A DNA stretch of 64,000 nt from Candidatus Eiseniibacteriota bacterium (GTDB lineage Bacteria; Eisenbacteria; RBG-16-71-46). Every line of letters begins with the position of its first letter. Position 1 is the stretch's first letter. Under the pieces are notes generated by a model, which made no database searches, was not told the origin of the DNA, and worked only from the letters and a program-made list of their open reading frames with translations. Positions 57,519 to 64,000 of the stretch are shown here, one piece after another. The DNA is taken from the NCBI GenBank assembly GCA_963725865.1, contig CAVSAC010000009.1, positions 40,835 through 104,834 on the forward strand. Direction: 5' to 3'. A program made the translations under genes and the position numbers.

Positions 57519-59649
57519 TCATCGCGCGCGACCCACCTGCGCGAGCAGGAACGCGTAGTCGAACGCGGTGTCGCGCAGTGCGTCGTAGCGGCCGGAGGCG
57601 CCGCCGTGGCCGCCGGCCATGATCGGTCTTGAACAGCAGCGGGTTCGCGTCGGTCTTGAGCGTGCGCAGTCGGCCACGTACTTGGCGGGCTCCCAGTAGA
57701 TCACCTGGCTGTCGTTGAGCGCGGTGCGCACCAGCATCGCCGGGTAGCGCGCGCGGCCGAGGTTGTCGTAGGGGGAGTAGGCGCGCATCCAGCGGTACTG
57801 CTCGCGCCTGGCGGATTGCCCCACTCCTCGTACTCGCCCACGGTGAGCGGCAGCGAGGCGTCGAGCATGGTGTTGATGCACGTCCACGAACGGCACCTGC
57901 GCCAGCACGGCCTTGAACAGGTCGGGCCGCAGGTTGAGCACCGCGCCCATCAGCAGGCCGCCGGCGCTGCCGCCCTGGATCACGCAGCCGGTCGCGCGCG
58001 GTGTAGCGCTGCGCGCACCAGGTGCTCGGCGCAGGCGATGAAGTCGGTGAAGGTGTTCATCTTCTCGGCATGCGCCCGTCGTCGTGCCACGCCTTGCCCA
58101 GCTCGCCGCCGCCGCGGATGTGCGCGATGGCGAGACGACACGCCGCGGTCGAGCAGGCTGCAGCCGGTTGGCGATGAAGCACGGCGGTCACGGGATGCCG
58201 TACGAGCCGTAGCCGTAGAGCAGCAGCGGCGCCGTGCCGTCGCGCGGCACGTCCGCGTCGGCGGACCAGCGAGATCGGCACCTGCGTGCCGTCGTGCGCG
58301 GTGGCCTCGATGCGCTCGATCACGTAGCGCGACGCAGTCGTAGCCGCCCAGCACCGCGGTGCGCTTGAGCAGCGTGCGAGTGCCGCGATGCGAGGTCGTA
58401 GTCGAACACCGACGGGCGGGGTGACGAACGAGGGGTACTGGTAGCGCAGCAGGCGGCGCGTCGAACTCGCTCGTTGGCGGCGCCGAACACCGCGTACGCG
58501 GGCTCGGGGAACGCCACGCGGCGCGCTCGGCCGCTGGCGAGGTCGAGCGACCCCGAGCTGCGGCAGCCCGCCGCTCGCGCGTGCCACAGCACGACGGTGG
58601 CCGGCGAAGCACGTCGAGCCCGTCGAGCATCACGTCGTCGCGGTGCGCGACCACCTCGCGCCAGTGCGCGGCGTCGCGGCGTGGCGACCGGCGCGGTGAC
58701 CAGCCGGAAGTTGCGCCCGGTGTCGTTGGCGCGGATCCAGAACCGGTCGCCGCGATGGTCGACGTAGTACTCGCGGTCCTGCACGCGCGGCTCGATCGAC
58801 GCCACGCGGCCGCGGGCGTCGACGCGGCGAGCACGCGCACCTCGGAGGTGGTGTGGCTCGGCCGCGGTGCAGGAACAGGTAGCGCCGCTGCGCGAGCGCT
58901 CGCACGAGAGCTCGAAGCGCTCGTCCTTCTCCTCGTAGACCAGCGCGTCGTCGCCGGCGGGCCGGCCGCAGCCGTGGCGGTACAGCCGCGGTACGGCCGC
59001 TTGGCCGCGTCCTCGACGGCGTAGAACAGCGTCTGCCCGTCGGCGGCCCAGGCGACGTGGCGATCTTCTCGATCGCGCTCGGGGCCCTCGGCGCCGGTCT
59101 CGAGGTCCTTCACGTGCAGCGTGTACTGGCGGAAGCCCGTGCTGTCGGTGGTGTAGGCGAGGAGGCGCCCGTCGTCGCTCACCTCGAAGTCGTCGACCGC
59201 GATGAAGCGGTGGCCTTCGGCGAGCTCGTTCAGGTCGAGCAGCACCTGCTCGGGTGCGTCCGTCGCCGCGCTTGCGGCACAGGATCGGGTACTGCAGGCC
59301 CTCGTCGGTGCGCGAGTAGTAGAGCCAGCCGTCCTTGCGGTAGGGCACCGACAGGTCGGTCTGCTGGATGCGGCCGAGCATCTCGTCGTAGAGCGCCTCG
59401 CGGAAGCGCCTCGAGCGGCGGCGTCACCGCGTCGGCGTAGGCGTTCTCGGCCTCGAGGTAGGCGGTCACCTCGGGATCGGTCTTCTCGCGCAGCCAGAAG
59501 TAGTCGTCCTCGCGCGTGTCGCCGTGGCTGGTGGTGGGATGCGGCACGCGCCGGGCGACGGGCGGGGTCGGGCTCAGGTCGAAGCTCTCGGCGGTGGCGT
59601 CGGCGGTCATGGCGAGTCCCAGGATGAGGACGAGCAGGTTGAGGCGCAT
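57519..59649 (-). CDS. ptrB: Oligopeptidase B (S9A), heavily frameshifted
   Basis: D.YFWLR, YLEAENAY, YGYGSYG, HIRGGGE, GGSAGG, DSQV.YWEPAKYVA, GHGGASGRY. Confidence 0.85.
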
Positions 59650-59994
59650 GGCGTCTGGCCTTCGGCCGGGGAGCGGCCATGGGAAGGGTGAGGTCCCGGT
59701 GCGGCGCGGGTCACCTTCGCGCCTGGCGCGCGGCGCGTCAACCCGCCGCCGGGGCCGCCCGGGGCCTCCGGAGCCGGTCGCGGCGGCGCCGCGCGGCCGT
59801 CGCCGGGCGGGCCGGCGGCACCCCGCGCCGCCTTCGCCGCGGTCGCGCATCGCCCGCGACGTCGCGGCATCCAACCGCACACGCCGTCGCGCGCGCGCGC
59901 GCCATCCCTTAGACTCCCGCGCGCGACCACCCCGTCACGAGCCCCGCCCGGACCACGGGCGGACGCCACCTCGATCCCCAGGAGCACCCGCCCG

Positions 59995-61499
59995 ATGTCG
60001 CGCCCCCGCACCTTCGGCGAGCTCAAGGCCTCCGGCTACCGTCCGCGCTCCGTGAAGGACGAGCTGCGCGCGAACCTGATCGCGCGCCTGCGCGCGGGCG
60101 GCCGCTCTTCCCCGGCGTCGTCGGCTACGAGCAGCACCGTCGAGCCGCAGATCGTCAACGCGCTGCTCTCGCGCCACGACTTCATCCTGCTCGGGCTGCG
60201 CGGCCAGGCGAAGACCCGGCTGCTGCGCTCGCTCGCGCAGTTCCTCGACGAGTGGATCCCGGCGATCGCCGGCTGCCCGCTGAACAGCGATCCGTTCCGG
60301 CCGCTCACGCACCACGCGCGCCAGCAGCTCGACAGTGCACGGCGACGCCACTCCGATCGCGTGGCTGCACCGCGACGCGCGCTACCAGGAGAAGCTCGCC
60401 ACGCCCGACGTGACCATCGCCGACCTGATCGGCGACATCGACCCGATCAAGGCGGCGACGCTGAAGCTCGACTACTCCGACGAGCGGGTGATCCACTACG
60501 GCATCATCCCGCGCACCAACCGCGGCATCTTCGCGATCAACGAGCTGCCCGACCTGCAGCCGCGCATCCAGGTCGGGCTGCTGAACATCCTCGAGGAGAA
60601 GGACTTCCAGATCCGCGGCTTCCCGGTGCGGCATCCCGCTCGACGTGGCCATGGTGTTCACGGCCAACCCCGAGGACTACACCAACCGCGGCAACATCAT
60701 CACGCCGCTGCGCGACCGCATCGACTCGCAGATCGTCACGCACTATCCGCTCACGCGCGAGGAGGGCATCGCGATCACCGCGCAGGAGGCGTGGACCGAG
60801 CGCGATGCCGGCGTCGAGGTGGTGGTGCCGTCGTTCATGCGCGACCTGGTCGAGGAGGTCGCGGTCCAGGCGCGCAAGAGCGAGTACGTCGACCAGAACT
60901 CCGGCGTGTCGGCGCGGCTGCCGATCGCGCTGATCGAGAACGTGGTCTCCAACGCCGAGCGCCGCGGGCTCGCGACCGGCGAGACCCAGGCGTGGGCGCG
61001 CGTGTGCGACCTGCAGCACGCCGTCTCGGCGGTGAGCGGCAAGGTCGAGCTGGTGCTCGAAGGCGAGCAGGAGGGCGCGCTCAACGTGGCGCGCGCGCTG
61101 CTCGGGCGCGGCGTCAAGGCGCTGTTCGACCAGCGCTTCCCCGACGCGTTCAAGCCGCAGCGCAAGCGCCGCGAGCCCAGCGCGGACGAGAGCGAGTCGC
61201 TCGCCACCAGCGAGTACCGGCCGATCCTCGAGTGGTTCTCGGCCGGCGGTCACGTCGAGATCGCCGACGACCTGGCGCAGCCCGAGTACGCGCGGCGGCT
61301 GGCGGCGGTGCGCGGGCTGGCGCCGCTGGCGGCGAAGCACCTGGCGCCCACCGGCCCCGAGGAGCACGCGCTGGCGATGGAGCTGGTGCTCGAGGGCCTG
61401 CACCAGAACAGCATGCTGTCGCGCGAGCGCAGTGATGGGATGACCACCGAGTACAAGGACATGCTCAAGCAGATGCTGAGCGGATTCGGAGACGACTGA
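59995..61499 (+). CDS. AAA+ ATPase, magnesium chelatase ChlI-like family (frameshifted)
   Basis: [55 protein letters not shown]. Confidence 0.85.
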
Positions 61500-61517
61500 G
61501 AGAAGGAGACGATCAGG

Positions 61518-62822
61518 ATGGGAGGTACGACCAGGATCCCCACGATCCCGCGACGGGTGCCGGCGCTGCTGGCGCTCGTCGCTGCACTGTTCGCGACACT
61601 GGCCGCGCCGGGCGCGGCGCGCGCCGCGTGGACCCGGGTGTCCGGCATCCCGGCGCTCGACGTGTACTCGCTGCGCGTGCAGGGCGACACGCTGCTCGCC
61701 GGAGCCGACACCGCGCTCTACCTGAGCACCGACGCCGGTGCGACCTGGCGGCGCACCGCGCGCTTCACACCGGGATTCCAGTCGGTGGAGGCGGCGTGGA
61801 TGCACCACGGCCGCATCTACGCCGGCACCCTGGGCGCCGGCGTGTACGTGAGCGACGACCTCGGCCTGTCGTGGAGCCCGCTCAACGCCGGGCTCAGCGG
61901 GGGACTGTTCGACAGCCAGCTCTACGTCACCGACTTCGAGGAGCGCGACGGCCGGCTCTACGCGGCCACCGACGGCGCCGGCATCTACGTGCTCGATCTC
62001 GCCGCACCGGGCGCGTGGAGCGGGTTCCACCGCCAGGACCTCGAGGCCAACCAGGCGGCGACCGTCACCGACCTGGCGCGGATCGGCACGCGGCTGGTCT
62101 CGTGCGGGGGCGCCAACGGCACCGTGTTCCGCAACGAGGATCCCGGCACCGGGTGGGTGGAGGAGTTCCTCGACAACTCCGGTCTCGTGCCCGACCTGAC
62201 GCCGTACGCGGCCACCGAGGTGGGAGGGGCCTGGCTGGTGGCGACCAGCGCCGGATGCTTCCGGCGCTCCGACGTCGCGTCGCCGTGGGAGTACGTCGGG
62301 CCCGCCCTGGGCTACCAACTCGGCGCCTCGTTCGCCGGCGAGCCCGGCTGCACCTTCGCCGTGTTCCAGCGTTCCGGCGGCGCCCACCTGCGCGCCTCCT
62401 ACGACGCGGGACAGACCTGGCAGGCGATCGAGATCCTGCCGACGTTCGTGTACGACCTGGGCCTGACGCCGGGCGTGCTGTGGGCCGCACGCGGCGACGG
62501 GCTGTGGTCGAGCCCGACCAGCGCCCTGTCGGCGCCGCCGCATGCGATCGCCGCACGCCCCGGACTCGGGCTCGCGCACGCCGGTCGTCATCCCGCCCGC
62601 GACCAGGCTCGCGTGCGCTTCACGCTGCCCGCGGCCACGCGCGCGGCGCTCGATCTGTACGACGTGGGCGGCCGCCGGCTCGACCGCGGGGTGGTGGCCG
62701 AGCTGCCCGCCGGCGAGCACCACGTCGCGCTCGATCTCCGTGGGCTGGCCGCCGGGGTGTACTTCGCGCAGCTCGCGGCGGACGATCGCGTCGAGACCCT
62801 GCGCCTGGTGCGCATGCCGTGA
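61518..62822 (+). CDS. Secreted BNR-repeat propeller protein with FlgD/T9SS-A-like C-domain
   Basis: Signal ARA/A; STDAGATW, SDDLGLSW, SYDAGQTW; YDVGGRR...AAGVYFAQL. Confidence 0.8.
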   Translation: MGGTTRIPTIPRRVPALLALVAALFATLAAPGAARAAWTRVSGIPALDVYSLRVQGDTLLAGADTALYLSTDAGATWRRTARFTPGFQSVEAAWMHHGRIYAGTLGAGVYVSDDLGLSWSPLNAGLSGGLFDSQLYVTDFEERDGRLYAATDGAGIYVLDLAAPGAWSGFHRQDLEANQAATVTDLARIGTRLVSCGGANGTVFRNEDPGTGWVEEFLDNSGLVPDLTPYAATEVGGAWLVATSAGCFRRSDVASPWEYVGPALGYQLGASFAGEPGCTFAVFQRSGGAHLRASYDAGQTWQAIEILPTFVYDLGLTPGVLWAARGDGLWSSPTSALSAPPHAIAARPGLGLAHAGRHPARDQARVRFTLPAATRAALDLYDVGGRRLDRGVVAELPAGEHHVALDLRGLAAGVYFAQLAADDRVETLRLVRMP

Positions 62823-62841
62823 CCGCGAGGAGGTCCAGACG

Positions 62842-63342
62842 ATGACCGAGGCCAGCGCAGCTCCTTCCGCCGGGACGCGCGCGTTCCTGCGCCACGTGCT
62901 GGCCACCCTGGCCTACCGCGGCGGCAAGGCGCTGCGCGACGCGCCGGCGTCGTTCGCGACGTTCCAGGCCGGTCCCGCCACGCGCACGCCGGGCGAGATC
63001 CTCGCCCACGTCGGCGACCTGCTCGACTGGGCGCTGTCGATGGCGCGGGGCGAGGCGCGCTGGAGCGCGGCCGCGCCACGGACGTGGGAGCAGGACGCGG
63101 CCCGCTTCCACGCCGGGCTGGGCGCGCTCGACGCGTTCCTCGCCGGTGACGCGGCCATCGCCTGCCCGGCGGAGCGGTTGTTCCAGGGCCCGCTCGCCGA
63201 CGCGCTCACCCACGTCGGCCAGCTCGCGATGCTGAGGGGCATGGCTGGCGCGCCGACGCTCGGCGAGAACTACTTCGTCGCCGACATCGCCACCGGCCGT
63301 ACCGGCGCCGACCAGGCTCCGCCGGTGCGGGTGTTCGCTTGA
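62842..63342 (+). CDS. DinB-like four-helix protein
   Basis: ATLAYR, ILAHVGDL, DALTHVGQLAMLR; GAGGAGG RBS. Confidence 0.75.
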   Translation: MTEASAAPSAGTRAFLRHVLATLAYRGGKALRDAPASFATFQAGPATRTPGEILAHVGDLLDWALSMARGEARWSAAAPRTWEQDAARFHAGLGALDAFLAGDAAIACPAERLFQGPLADALTHVGQLAMLRGMAGAPTLGENYFVADIATGRTGADQAPPVRVFA

Positions 63343-64000
63343 TGCATCTGCCCGTCGCGCGGCCCCGCGCTCGCTCCGCCCGCCCGGACGTCCGCGCGAA
63401 GGACGCCCGGGTGACGGCGGCGCGTGCGCGCCGTGGCCTCGTCGGCCTGGCGCTGCTCGTCCTCGCGCTGGCGGCGGGGCCGATGCTGGCGCCCGCGGCG
63501 GGGCGCGCGAAGGCGCCGGGGCGCAGCGACGCGCCGCCCGCGCTCGTGCCCCCGGCGGGCTTCGGTCCCGAGGTGCAGCGCGCCACGCTGTTCCAGCGGC
63601 TCATGGAGGACTCCGCGCTCGCCAGCCGCCTGATGGACCGCGGCCAGCTCGACTCCGCGCGCGCGTTGATGGCGCCGTACACGGCCGCCGCGCACGCGCG
63701 CGGCGACGAGGGGCTGCTGGCGCGGAGCCTGGTGCTCGACGCCGGGCTGCTCATCCGCCAGGGGCGCGCCGACGAGGCGCTGCCGATGACGCTCGAGTCG
63801 GCCCGCCACGCGAGCACGGCGCGCGACACCAGCACCCTCATGTTCGCGATGCGCGCCGAGGCGATGGCGCGCAACCTCAAGGGCGACTTCGCCGCCGCCG
63901 AGCGCCTCGCGCGCGGCTGGATGGCGCTCGCCGAGCGCGTGGACAGCGAGGAGTACCGCGCCTGGGGCCACACCATGCTGGGCTGGCTCCGCATGCACCC
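63342..64000 (+). CDS. TPR-like helical protein, partial (runs off the window)
   Basis: TGATG overlap; hydrophobic GLVGLALLVLALAA segment followed by helical repeats; open to the window end. Confidence 0.55.
   Translation, partial: MHLPVARPRARSARPDVRAKDARVTAARARRGLVGLALLVLALAAGPMLAPAAGRAKAPGRSDAPPALVPPAGFGPEVQRATLFQRLMEDSALASRLMDRGQLDSARALMAPYTAAAHARGDEGLLARSLVLDAGLLIRQGRADEALPMTLESARHASTARDTSTLMFAMRAEAMARNLKGDFAAAERLARGWMALAERVDSEEYRAWGHTMLGWLRMH

Noticed and set aside
57519..59649. Oligopeptidase B as the lanthipeptide leader protease
   Set aside because: 37 kb away, a common housekeeping family, no linkage evidence

Overview
Very GC-rich bacterial chromosomal segment with about 46 CDSs. 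I found no rRNA, tRNA, CRISPR array or recognisable transposase/integrase. Many genes carry clustered single-base indels, which looks like long-read consensus error rather than pseudogenisation. Five secreted proteins share a C-terminal FlgD-Ig/T9SS-A-like sorting domain, suggesting an FCB-associated lineage such as Ca. Eisenbacteria (inference). Housekeeping content includes ABC transporters, lysC, an SDR, a YcaQ-like glycosylase, split glcD/glcE/glcF, a PLP trans-sulfuration enzyme, ptrB and an AAA ATPase. The most notable items are: (1) a two-gene class II lanthipeptide locus (lanA with a 21-aa core, plus an intact lanM) with its own promoter, an intergenic stem-loop and no transporter/protease; (2) an operon of a TPR kinase with a Tyr-kinase-like HRDVTARN loop and two small paralogues carrying a DPxxVIDG motif; (3) a Cyc2-like monoheme cytochrome-porin; (4) a candidate ~112-nt four-way-junction ncRNA at 12841-12952; (5) a lower-GC block with duplicated GH32-like propeller genes sharing a conserved structured 5' leader; (6) a Ser/Thr kinase wedged between glcD and glcE.
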